27,388 nucleotides of DNA from a virus (Duplodnaviria > Caudoviricetes). The position numbers and the translations under genes are program-made. The stretch spans positions 1 through 27,388 of IMG/VR virus record IMGVR_UViG_3300017913_000850. The stretch is one strand, 5' to 3'. The notes beneath the pieces were generated by a model. That model ran no database searches, was not told where the DNA came from, and worked only from the letters and a program-made list of their open reading frames with translations. Shown here piece by piece: positions 18,429 to 26,388 of the stretch (position 1 is the stretch's first letter; each line of letters begins with the position of its first letter).

Positions 18429-18811
18429 TTACTCTCCTTAAGAATCATATCTACTAACTGTCTAATCTTTAGCAGATGTATTCTACTTGCGTTATGGTCA
18501 CCACCTGATACTTGAAACCCTTGTTTATAAATCTCTTTAAGTTTATCAGTAGGAATAATAAATCCCATAACAAACTTACCATTATCAGTTAGGTTATGTA
18601 TCCATACATCAGACTCAGTTGCCTCGATGCCACTTGGTTTGCCATAACTTTCATATTCAATACAGATATTACCAGTGGTCTTCCACTTGTCTTTCTCTGT
18701 CTTAACTTCAGCTGTCTTTAACTTATCGACAATGAAGTCTTCCCATCGTTCTCCAAACTCTAAATCTAAATCAAACTTAGAGAACTTCTTACCTCTATTA
18801 TTAGCTGACAT
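18425..18811 (-). CDS. Small PD-(D/E)XK-like protein
   Basis: FDLDL.FG..WE, EVKTE, TGNICIE and PSGI..T motifs. Confidence 0.6.
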   Translation of the reverse strand: MSANNRGKKFSKFDLDLEFGERWEDFIVDKLKTAEVKTEKDKWKTTGNICIEYESYGKPSGIEATESDVWIHNLTDNGKFVMGFIIPTDKLKEIYKQGFQVSGGDHNASRIHLLKIRQLVDMILKESK

Positions 18812-20547
18812 CAGTGTGTCTCCGCCCAGTTATTTCCAACCTTATACTCACCATCTAGGGGACAGTTAAGTTGGAAGTCTGTACCTGCACGCTTGATACA
18901 ATCGACTGCAAGTTGACCGAACTGTTCTGCTTTATGTTCATCGACTTCACATTGGAACTCATCATGAACATTGAGAACAAACTTGTAATTGATGTTGTAT
19001 ATTTTAGCATACTTGTCTAATAAAATCAAGGCTTGTTTCATAATAATTGCACCAGCTGATTGGAACAACACATTCAATCCTGCGTGTGCTGACCTGACGA
19101 TGAGTCTTCGTCCATCGAGACCTCGAAGCCAACCCTTTGAGCTCTGCGAGTCAACTCTTCTTCGTAGTGTCTTAAGTGCTGGCGTATTATCAAGGAACTT
19201 TGCTTTAAGTGTAGCACCTGCTTTCGCACTTCCTCCCACGATGCTTCCGATTTTGGAATCTCCAGCTCCATATAGGTAGGCATAGATGAAAGTCTTTGCT
19301 GTATCTCTTGATTGAAGTCCTGCAGCCATTTGATTTGCTGTGTGAATATCTCCATTCAATATCTCCTCTGTATATTTATCATCATTCATATAGTGTGCTA
19401 ACATCCTCAACTCTAATCCACTAGCATCAACACCTACTAACTTCTTACCTTCAGGCACAACCCATAACTCTCTACACTCTTTACCATATTCAGAGTAGAC
19501 AGCTGGAACCTGAGCTAGGTTTGGTTTGCTGTGTGTCATACGACCTGTGACTGCACCACAACTATTAACTCTACCATGTATACGACCATCAGATTCTACT
19601 GCTTCAATCCAAGACTCAACCATGGCAACTCTCTTTGTGATAGTAAGGTACTCAACTATAAGTTTGACTTCAGGTATGTTCACATTCTCTAGCACTTTCT
19701 CATTCACTATCGGATTACCTTTATCAGTATACTCTTGAGGTTCCCATCCAAAGTGTTGTAAGTATCTAGCTATCTGCTGTCTACTTCCAAGATTAAACTC
19801 TGGATATTCTATGCAACCCCAAGTGCCATCCTTATAATGAGCACCTCTATCTAACTGTTTTTGATACGCAACAGTGGGCGTTCCATCTTTCTTGTGTGTC
19901 TGCTTTAACTCTGTGAGTTGCGTCCAGACAGGAAGTGGCGTAAAGACTTTACGAACCTCCAAAACAATTTGTAATACACGCTCTTTAAGAATTGATAAAA
20001 CTTCATATGCTTTCCTCTCATTAAATAATATACCATTAACTTCTTGCTGATGAATAATCTCAGCAACCTTATGTTCTAACTCTACTGATTGCTCAGTAAA
20101 ATCTTTTAACTCTACGCCTAACCTTCTGAATACATCTTTAGTTACACGCACATCTTGTTGACAATACTCCAACATCTCTTTGTTATAAGATTCCCATCCA
20201 CCTTGATAGTCATCCTTGTAATTACCTATCTTTTCACCCCAAGCCTTTAACGAATGACCTCCTTCCAAGGAAGGGTTAACCAATCTTGATAAGACAAGAG
20301 TGTCTCGAATAGGATAATCCCAACTGTAGTTACTAAGCTTACGCAGAACAGGAATATCAAAACCAATAATGTTGTGTCCAACAAGAAGTGAACACTCTTC
20401 TGTGTCCAACCATTCCTTAAAGTTTGCAACTGCTTCACCTCCTATAAAATTATATACAGTGCTCTCATCATTTTTCATTGCACATATACAATGTATGACA
20501 GTAGCATCGAGACCATCAGTCTCTATGTCAAAATAAACTGTGCTCAC
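18811..20547 (-). CDS. polA: Family A DNA polymerase with 3'-5' exonuclease (T7-like)
   Basis: ExoI FDIETDG, ExoII GHNIIGFD, ExoIII YCQQD; motif A DASGLELR, motif B RDTAKTFIYAYLYG, motif C VHDE. Confidence 0.97.
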   Translation of the reverse strand: MSTVYFDIETDGLDATVIHCICAMKNDESTVYNFIGGEAVANFKEWLDTEECSLLVGHNIIGFDIPVLRKLSNYSWDYPIRDTLVLSRLVNPSLEGGHSLKAWGEKIGNYKDDYQGGWESYNKEMLEYCQQDVRVTKDVFRRLGVELKDFTEQSVELEHKVAEIIHQQEVNGILFNERKAYEVLSILKERVLQIVLEVRKVFTPLPVWTQLTELKQTHKKDGTPTVAYQKQLDRGAHYKDGTWGCIEYPEFNLGSRQQIARYLQHFGWEPQEYTDKGNPIVNEKVLENVNIPEVKLIVEYLTITKRVAMVESWIEAVESDGRIHGRVNSCGAVTGRMTHSKPNLAQVPAVYSEYGKECRELWVVPEGKKLVGVDASGLELRMLAHYMNDDKYTEEILNGDIHTANQMAAGLQSRDTAKTFIYAYLYGAGDSKIGSIVGGSAKAGATLKAKFLDNTPALKTLRRRVDSQSSKGWLRGLDGRRLIVRSAHAGLNVLFQSAGAIIMKQALILLDKYAKIYNINYKFVLNVHDEFQCEVDEHKAEQFGQLAVDCIKRAGTDFQLNCPLDGEYKVGNNWAETH

Positions 20548-22130
20548 TATACCTCCTTCAGTCTGCCAGTCTCTTTATTATACAGTAACTGTCCAGCTTT
20601 ACCAGTCAATCCACAGAATCTATTCTTGATTACTCTTAGCGTAGTAGTGTTACGCTCTTCTTCTTCATCTGCTTGTTGGTTACGCTCTAATCCAATCACC
20701 ATATCACTGAGCTGTGCTATAGCTGATGAACCTCTTAGTTCAGATAGAGATACCTGACCGCCTTCTTCATGTGCCTTACCTTGTGGTCTCTTCAAGTGTG
20801 ATATAAGGAATAGACCTACGCCTGTCTCTTGCACTATCTTCCTGAGCTTAGTCATGATGGCGTCAATAGCTTTACGCTCATCCTGAATACCCTCTTGGTC
20901 TGATACTACAATAGATAGATGGTCTAATACTATCCACTTACAATCGAAAGACTTAGCATATGTCCTGACTACATTGATAAGACTATCCTCTGACATACTA
21001 CCGAAGTGGTCATAGAAATATACATTCTTATCTGCGACTGCTGTCTTCCATAGTTCATACTTCTCTTCTTTACTCAGCATCTCCTCATACTTAGGTATAT
21101 GTATGGGTAGATTCTTTTCGATAGACATCAGACCTTTGACTGACCTATCGACTGACTCTTCAAGATGTATGATTGCTACACTATCATCAGTAGTATTTAA
21201 GATATGATGCTCTAGTTCTTTAACGACTGAGGACTTACCCATCCCTGAACCTGAGGTGATAGTGACTAACTCTTTCTGTCTGAAACCATAAGTCAATTCA
21301 TTCAATGCCTGCCAAGGATACATGATAGTTTTAATATCAGTATCTTTCTGTAGGTGTTCCCAAGTATCTGAACCACGAATGATACCAGCTGGTGTATAAC
21401 CTTTAGCATTCCACCATGCATCAGTGAAGTCTTTGATACGACCTGCCATCAGCATATCACTAGCATCTTTCATAGGTAGGTTAACTATCTTTAATTTGTT
21501 AGGAGAAATAATATCTCTAACATCTTTAATTGCTTCCTTACCTGCATCATCATTATCGAAACACAGAACTACATTGTCGAATGACTCAATGAAATCTAAG
21601 TTATCTTTGATATCTCTTGATGCCCCACTTGCCCCATTCTTCAGGGATACTACTGCCCACTTGCCTTCAAACATCTCTGATACAGACAGAGCATCTAACT
21701 CTCCCTCAGTAATAGTAAGATACTTACCACCACTAGCAAATGCTTGTTGACCGAACAGACCTGCACCTCTGTTAGTTCCGTTGAGAACGAAACCTTTTGT
21801 CTTTACATCTCGTTCTTTGAAACCTAATAGGTCACCAGACTTGGCATCATTATAAGGATAGTAATGCTTGTTAATCTTCCCATCTTCACCATGTGTGACA
21901 CGAACACCATACTTAGTAGCAATGTTCTTAGAGATGTTTCTCTCAGGAATAGCACTATTGAATCCTTTAACTTGAACTGTTGATTGTTGTTCCATTATAT
22001 ATCCTTCATCATCATTAGCAGATTGGCGATAGCCACACCCAAAACAAAAGGTGTGACCATCAGACCATCTTGCCATGTTGTCTTTAGAACCACACGCAGG
22101 GCATGGTTCATGTTTAACAAACTCTGACAT
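20547..22130 (-). CDS. T7 gp4-like primase-helicase
   Basis: Zn finger CPAC...CFGC, TOPRIM EGELD and FDND, Walker A GSGMGKS, DHLSI, LRGSSAIAQLSD. Confidence 0.96.
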   Translation of the reverse strand: MSEFVKHEPCPACGSKDNMARWSDGHTFCFGCGYRQSANDDEGYIMEQQSTVQVKGFNSAIPERNISKNIATKYGVRVTHGEDGKINKHYYPYNDAKSGDLLGFKERDVKTKGFVLNGTNRGAGLFGQQAFASGGKYLTITEGELDALSVSEMFEGKWAVVSLKNGASGASRDIKDNLDFIESFDNVVLCFDNDDAGKEAIKDVRDIISPNKLKIVNLPMKDASDMLMAGRIKDFTDAWWNAKGYTPAGIIRGSDTWEHLQKDTDIKTIMYPWQALNELTYGFRQKELVTITSGSGMGKSSVVKELEHHILNTTDDSVAIIHLEESVDRSVKGLMSIEKNLPIHIPKYEEMLSKEEKYELWKTAVADKNVYFYDHFGSMSEDSLINVVRTYAKSFDCKWIVLDHLSIVVSDQEGIQDERKAIDAIMTKLRKIVQETGVGLFLISHLKRPQGKAHEEGGQVSLSELRGSSAIAQLSDMVIGLERNQQADEEEERNTTTLRVIKNRFCGLTGKAGQLLYNKETGRLKEV

Positions 22131-22135
22131 AATTA

Positions 22136-22151
22136 GCGTAAATGTTTACGC
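22136..22151. promoter_or_regulatory. Palindrome copy 1, GCGTAAATGTTTACGC
   Basis: Contains the SSB stop codon and ends 5 nt before the primase ATG. Confidence 0.85.
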
Positions 22152-22562
22152 ATTTAGGAACTCAGCTAACTCTTCATTGGCACCCTTGAAACCTGGTGTA
22201 TGATTGTCAGCTACTTTGATAGCAGTTAAGTAAGTTGCTACACCATGAGTAGGGTGCTCCTTACCTGCCTTCCATAAGATTTCAACATCAGAACCAGCAC
22301 CAAAGTCAGTGCCAATAGCCTCACCTGACTGTGTCTGAATCATGTTGCTATCTAGTTTATACTGCGTAGAAAACTTACGCACTCTAATATCTTTACCAGA
22401 CTCTGAGTCTTTGATAGTTCTTACCTTGACACCTGCGTCCTCTAACTTCTTTGCCTCAGCATCAGATAGAGCGACAGTCAAAGTGTATTTGCCTGTGTCT
22501 TCCCCACCGAATTTCTCAGTAGAATCTAAGTAAACATATTTTGCTTCGCCTTTTGTAATCAT
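22146..22562 (-). CDS. Single-stranded DNA-binding protein (T7 gp2.5 / DUF2815-like OB fold)
   Basis: GEAKYVYL..GKYTLTV..GAGSDV..GVATYLTAIKV pattern; adjacent to the primase-helicase. ATG at 22562 has SD AGGA. Confidence 0.75.
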   Translation of the reverse strand: MITKGEAKYVYLDSTEKFGGEDTGKYTLTVALSDAEAKKLEDAGVKVRTIKDSESGKDIRVRKFSTQYKLDSNMIQTQSGEAIGTDFGAGSDVEILWKAGKEHPTHGVATYLTAIKVADNHTPGFKGANEELAEFLNA

Positions 22563-22583
22563 ATTATTTCCTATTACGAATGT

Positions 22584-22614
22584 GTTGTCGTTAAAAGAGG
22601 TGACAACTAACCTC
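22584..22614 (-). promoter_or_regulatory. Predicted H-type RNA pseudoknot in the SSB leader
   Basis: Minus strand reads GAGGU UA GUUGUC ACCUC UUUUAAC GACAAC: two interlocking perfect stems of 5 and 6 bp. Confidence 0.7.
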
Positions 22615-22632
22615 ATATATTAAATGCGTATT

Positions 22633-22818
22633 TTACCAGTTATCAAAGTCAGTGTCAACACCATCTAAGAAATTAGTTTCATCTTCGACCATGTCTAACA
22701 CATCTTCCTTCGACATTGCTCTGCAATATGAACATAAGTTCACATGCTTTCCACTGTCTCTATAGATAGAAGTTGCTTCATCATCAGTAAGCATTTCATT
22801 ACACGCTATGCATCTCAT
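22633..22818 (-). CDS. Small Zn-finger-like protein
   Basis: CIAC...CSYC with an acidic tail; SD GAGG. Confidence 0.7.
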   Translation of the reverse strand: MRCIACNEMLTDDEATSIYRDSGKHVNLCSYCRAMSKEDVLDMVEDETNFLDGVDTDFDNW

Positions 22819-22987
22819 CTATCAACCTCTGCTTCTGTTCATATAATCTTTTTAGGTCAGCTTTATCTGCCTTGATATCTTCCTCAAGTCTCTCAATATC
22901 TAATTCTAAATCTAATATGATATCTCCGTATGTCTCATGATACGGACTCACTGGATAATCCAATGTCATTTGTTTTAACTTACCCAT
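22799..22987 (-). CDS. Small coiled-coil protein
   Basis: SD AGGAG; TAATG coupling. Confidence 0.7.
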   Translation of the reverse strand: MGKLKQMTLDYPVSPYHETYGDIILDLELDIERLEEDIKADKADLKRLYEQKQRLIDEMHSV

Positions 22988-23217
22988 TAGTGCACTCTCC
23001 TTTTAAAATTACCTGATGTTATCTTCATTAAATCCTCATGAGATATCCCAACTTCTACATTGAGATACTCATATAGTTTATCTGCTTCTTGCTTATACAT
23101 ATCTGACTCTTCTTCCAAGACATCTATCTTCCACAATAACTCTTCGATAGTCCATTCAGTATCCTTAAACCATACTCGGACTAAATCTAAATCTTTCATA
23201 CTATCACTCATTTTCAT
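22987..23217 (-). CDS. Hypothetical acidic protein
   Basis: Tightly packed ORF in the operon. Confidence 0.7.
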   Translation of the reverse strand: MKMSDSMKDLDLVRVWFKDTEWTIEELLWKIDVLEEESDMYKQEADKLYEYLNVEVGISHEDLMKITSGNFKRRVH

Positions 23218-23431
23218 ACCGCCATTCGTCTGCCCTACTTTCTAACTCACCTTTATGTAATAGTATATCGTGTTCTTCTCCTGCCATATCTACTGTAATC
23301 ATAACAACCCACTCATCATCTATCATAGTGCGTGTATTGTAGATACCTCTACTATCAAACCACATCTCTGCTAAATCCATATCAGTAAGGATATCCCAAT
23401 CATCAAACTTATTATCTTCTTTATCTTGCAT
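23204..23431 (-). CDS. Highly acidic small protein
   Basis: SD GGAGG; D/E-rich. Confidence 0.75.
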   Translation of the reverse strand: MQDKEDNKFDDWDILTDMDLAEMWFDSRGIYNTRTMIDDEWVVMITVDMAGEEHDILLHKGELESRADEWRYENE

Positions 23432-23730
23432 TACAATTCCTCCAAGAATTTAATTTTGTTAGCAGTATACCATAGACCACCTTGACTATCAGGTCTTTTG
23501 TGTTCAGTCCAATCGAGGATATGAACTCTGACCCATACTCTATTCTTCTCACTTAAGTGTGGTGCTTCAGGTTTACTTGTGCAATGCCACCCTTCACGGA
23601 CAGCGAACCCTTTAGTTGGATGACACTCAGCATCATACCATTTGTCTAGACTAATCCTCATCTTCTTGTTGATGAACAGAGGGGATAGACTACCGTCTTT
23701 TAATTTTCTTACTAGCTTATATGCTATCAC
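23431..23730 (-). CDS. Phage hypothetical protein
   Basis: SD AGGAG before GTG; AYKL..GWHC..PHL..QGGLWY pattern. Confidence 0.75.
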   Translation of the reverse strand: MIAYKLVRKLKDGSLSPLFINKKMRISLDKWYDAECHPTKGFAVREGWHCTSKPEAPHLSEKNRVWVRVHILDWTEHKRPDSQGGLWYTANKIKFLEEL

Positions 23731-23749
23731 TATCTTTCTCCTATAAAAA

Positions 23750-23765
23750 GCGTAAATGTTTACGC
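23750..23765. promoter_or_regulatory. Palindrome copy 2, GCGTAAATGTTTACGC
   Basis: Contains the stop codon of the DenV-like gene and lies just upstream of the next SD. Confidence 0.85.
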
Positions 23766-24269
23766 TATTAATTCATACCAATCAGGAACATCACGCTTAG
23801 TCCACTTGGCTAGGTGTTGTTTCTCATTGATGTAATAATACCTGTAACTTTCTACGCTGTCAACTAAACCTGTATCATTATATTGTTTACAGTAGTCAGG
23901 CATAGCAGGTGTAGGCAGACCGAAGTCAGCAGTCTCAGGCATACCCTCAGGTGGGTTCTCTAATACTTTGCCGTGCTTATACCAAGACAGGTGGTCGACA
24001 TCACTATCGAACCTATACTTGTATTCATCATTCAATGCTTTTGCATGTCGCCACAACCAACGATAATTCTCCTGCGATAGTGCAGTCCATACAGTTGATG
24101 GATGTTTGGTATGTGTCGGGCGATACAGAGTATCACAGTATGGCGAACCATATATGTGATGCACAGTGCATAGCATTTGGACAGACTCAAGAGGCATCTT
24201 CACAATATGTTTGTCGTTCATCATTTGTGCAGACACCTCAGGGTCTGGGTGTAGACAGAATATATTCAT
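23760..24269 (-). CDS. Pyrimidine-dimer DNA glycosylase / endonuclease V-like protein
   Basis: MNIF.L..DP..SAQ...DKHIVKMPLE..QML, HPSTVW, NYRWL and YRYYY motifs. Confidence 0.7.
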   Translation of the reverse strand: MNIFCLHPDPEVSAQMMNDKHIVKMPLESVQMLCTVHHIYGSPYCDTLYRPTHTKHPSTVWTALSQENYRWLWRHAKALNDEYKYRFDSDVDHLSWYKHGKVLENPPEGMPETADFGLPTPAMPDYCKQYNDTGLVDSVESYRYYYINEKQHLAKWTKRDVPDWYELIA

Positions 24270-24478
24270 ACTTTCTTACGCATAGTTCTAAGGCGGTTAA
24301 ATATATCAGATACATCATCATCTGTCAAGTCATCAAACATCTTCATGCCATAGTGCATATCGATACAACTTGTATGCACCATTGCTTCGACATCATAGTC
24401 ATAATAACCTGAGTCCTCATCTACCTGTATGCCACAGAATTTACAGTCTTTACTGTGATACTCTTTTACTTCACTCAT
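24266..24478 (-). CDS. Small protein with CxxC...HxxC, possible Zn finger
   Basis: CKFC and HTSC; ATGA overlap with the downstream gene. Confidence 0.7.
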   Translation of the reverse strand: MSEVKEYHSKDCKFCGIQVDEDSGYYDYDVEAMVHTSCIDMHYGMKMFDDLTDDDVSDIFNRLRTMRKKV

Positions 24479-24647
24479 CTTTATTCATCTCCTCTCTAAG
24501 ATTATTCCTGAACTCAATCACATTCCAATGGTCAATGTCTCCGTCAATGATACCTTTCATGTGTAGAATTTCTAAGATTGCGTCAATATTTGCGTTGACT
24601 TCTTCAATGTCCTCTTCATCTGCTAAATCTCTGTTAATGTAAATCAT
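24471..24647 (-). CDS. 58-aa acidic protein, not in the ORF track
   Basis: SD AGGAG; MIYINRDLADEEDIEEVNANIDAILEILHMKGIIDGDIDHWNVIEFRNNLREEMNKDE. Confidence 0.75.
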   Translation of the reverse strand: MIYINRDLADEEDIEEVNANIDAILEILHMKGIIDGDIDHWNVIEFRNNLREEMNKDE

Positions 24648-24656
24648 AATATTCTC

Positions 24657-24827
24657 CTATAAATTTTCAGCGTTCTCAATAAGAATCTCATACAATTCCT
24701 TGTCGTGCTTCGCTAGGTTATCATACAACCATATCAATTCATCTATGATTGTATCTTCGTCCCAGTTTCTATACACATCTGTCGCTACTTTATATAGCAT
24801 ATACTCAGTTAGTTTCTTTTCTTTCAT
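24657..24827 (-). CDS. 56-aa protein, not in the ORF track
   Basis: SD AGGAG; MKEKKLTEYMLYKVATDVYRNWDEDTIIDELIWLYDNLAKHDKELYEILIENAENL. Confidence 0.75.
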   Translation of the reverse strand: MKEKKLTEYMLYKVATDVYRNWDEDTIIDELIWLYDNLAKHDKELYEILIENAENL

Positions 24828-25104
24828 TATATTCTCCTATATATTCCATACATTTACCTACAGTTGGGAAGTTTATACTATCCTCCTCTGTATAGTCAAG
24901 TATACCTACATCTATCATCCATTGTATTGCTTTTATCTTATTATTCTTAGGCATCTCAGGAAATATTAACTTTAAATCCTTATATAGATTTCTCTTAGAC
25001 ATTCGGTATCCACCATTAACTTCACATACAAACCAATACATTGTATTCTGCAAAGCGAATGCATTATATTCAGTGCCATCTTTAAAACTTATACCTACAC
25101 CCAT
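24805..25104 (-). CDS. Hypothetical protein
   Basis: SD AAGGAG; first gene after promoter P3. Confidence 0.75.
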   Translation of the reverse strand: MGVGISFKDGTEYNAFALQNTMYWFVCEVNGGYRMSKRNLYKDLKLIFPEMPKNNKIKAIQWMIDVGILDYTEEDSINFPTVGKCMEYIGEYNERKETN

Positions 25105-25177
25105 CTTAAGTTCTCCTTAGGTTTAATCATTATTATTATCACATTAAGTAAACACCTTAGGTGAATACTTAAGTGAT

Positions 25178-25205
25178 ATTATATACAGTTATAGTTCATT
25201 GTCAA
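25178..25205 (-). promoter_or_regulatory. Sigma70-type promoter P3 (TTGACA-16-TATAAT)
   Basis: Both hexamers are consensus; an untranslated leader and SD follow. Confidence 0.75.
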
Positions 25206-25338
25206 GTTCGTCCCAAAGCATTGCTCTTGCTTCATTAACCATAACCCAATCATCAAAGGACATAGTGTCTAGTCCATTTGCCCTACGACCTGACATTTCC
25301 TCACGCCATTGGTCTTTTAGTTCATCAAAATCATTCAT
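25189..25338 (-). CDS. 49-aa acidic protein, not in the ORF track
   Basis: SD AGGAG; MNDFDELKDQWREEMSGRRANGLDTMSFDDWVMVNEARAMLWDELDNEL. Confidence 0.75.
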   Translation of the reverse strand: MNDFDELKDQWREEMSGRRANGLDTMSFDDWVMVNEARAMLWDELDNEL

Positions 25339-25489
25339 CTTCAGTTCTCCTAATTACTAATTGAATTGATACATCATCATGTCCATTATCAATATATTTC
25401 TTGGCAATGAAACTAGCCTCATCATAGTGCACATAGTGTGCATTAACTTCTGTTCCACCTACCCATACAGTATACCAATTTTCAGTCAT
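25331..25489 (-). CDS. 52-aa protein, not in the ORF track
   Basis: SD GGAGG; MTENWYTVWVGGTEVNAHYVHYDEASFIAKKYIDNGHDDVSIQLVIRRTEDE; ATGA overlap. Confidence 0.75.
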   Translation of the reverse strand: MTENWYTVWVGGTEVNAHYVHYDEASFIAKKYIDNGHDDVSIQLVIRRTEDE

Positions 25490-25683
25490 AATAAATCCTC
25501 CATAGTTCCGACTATTTTGTCATTGTTTTTATCCAAAGGTAAACAACCACTGGCACAATGCCACGCTGTAGTTCTATCACCTGCCAAAAGACACGCCATC
25601 ATTAGGTCTAACATATCATCGACATGCAGACAGATAGTCTGTCCATTTACATTGCTACATCTAGCAGTCAATACATCTAACAT
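25486..25683 (-). CDS. 65-aa Cys-containing hypothetical protein
   Basis: SD AGGAG; five Cys. Confidence 0.7.
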   Translation of the reverse strand: MLDVLTARCSNVNGQTICLHVDDMLDLMMACLLAGDRTTAWHCASGCLPLDKNNDKIVGTMEDLL

Positions 25684-25701
25684 TTTTATTTCTCCTAAAT
25701 T

Positions 25702-25717
25702 GCGTAAATGTTTACGC
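25702..25717. promoter_or_regulatory. Palindrome copy 3, GCGTAAATGTTTACGC
   Basis: Intergenic, 3 nt after a stop and 5 nt before the SD AGGAG. Confidence 0.85.
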
Positions 25718-25720
25718 TTT

Positions 25721-26314
25721 TTACTTTACTTTTTCTACTATTACAGTGTGTTCGTTATGTCTATAACACGCCATACAATCAATACAAGATACACCCGTGC
25801 AAAGTGTCTCATTGCTATTGACAGTGTCATCATACAGTGCATTGAATACTTTGTCAAATCCTGCTGGTGGTCGTGTCATTTTCTTTTCAGTGCTAGGGTT
25901 TGAGTAGATAAAGACTACATTTTCTAGTGTCTTATGTGTCTTTTTCCACTTACGGATAAACCCGATACGCTTTGTCCATATCGCAAAGGTAGTGAACGGA
26001 TTTTTCCTAGCAATATTCATAAAGTTTTCTAGGTGTTGGTAGTTGATTAGCTCACCATGACCATGAAATCTGAAAGAGTGTGCATTAATTACAGGTAAAT
26101 TTTCTACGGGTATTGCCTTCGATAATTTATCTGAATTCTTTTGCCATGGTTCAACACAATTTTTTCTTACGCCTTTAAGCATTGACGCACTATAACACTC
26201 TTTACAAATAGCTTCCGTCTTTTGCATTTTGCTACAAAAACTATTGCTCAATGTATTTGTGTTGATAGCATCAATACCTTTTAACTTCCCAGTCATTTTA
26301 GATATTTTTAACAT
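25721..26314 (-). CDS. GP88-like Cys-rich protein, possibly Fe-S binding
   Basis: C-x9-CxxCY, FRFHGHGE, FAIWTKR and C-terminal CTGVSCIDCMACY. Confidence 0.6.
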   Translation of the reverse strand: MLKISKMTGKLKGIDAINTNTLSNSFCSKMQKTEAICKECYSASMLKGVRKNCVEPWQKNSDKLSKAIPVENLPVINAHSFRFHGHGELINYQHLENFMNIARKNPFTTFAIWTKRIGFIRKWKKTHKTLENVVFIYSNPSTEKKMTRPPAGFDKVFNALYDDTVNSNETLCTGVSCIDCMACYRHNEHTVIVEKVK

Positions 26315-26332
26315 ATTAACTCCATTAATTTT

Positions 26333-26348
26333 GCGTAAATGTTTACGC
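26333..26348. promoter_or_regulatory. Palindrome copy 4, GCGTAAATGTTTACGC
   Basis: Lies in the leader between promoter P2 and the SD of the GP88-like gene. Confidence 0.85.
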
Positions 26349-26388
26349 TTTTTCTTTTCAATGCCTGAGTTATTTCAGACATAGGAAT

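Noticed and set aside
19938-19954. Variant palindrome GCGTAAA-GAC-TTTACGA inside polA; weaker look-alikes at 20860, 22364 and 24580
   Set aside because: Wrong spacer length and/or arm mismatches, and all lie in coding sequence, so they were not counted as copies.
14144-22130. Introns, inteins or stop-codon recoding in nrdAB, polA or the primase-helicase
   Set aside because: All are uninterrupted and of compact length under the standard code.
22584-22614. preQ1-I riboswitch (GAGGU...CCUC stem looks similar)
   Set aside because: The 3' tail is UUUUAAC rather than A-rich, the ligand-binding loop consensus is absent, and the downstream gene is not queuosine-related.
22563-22616. ORF-track start of SSB at 22616
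   Set aside because: No SD. ATG 22562 has an SD and begins the recognisable fold, and the extension coincides with the structured leader.
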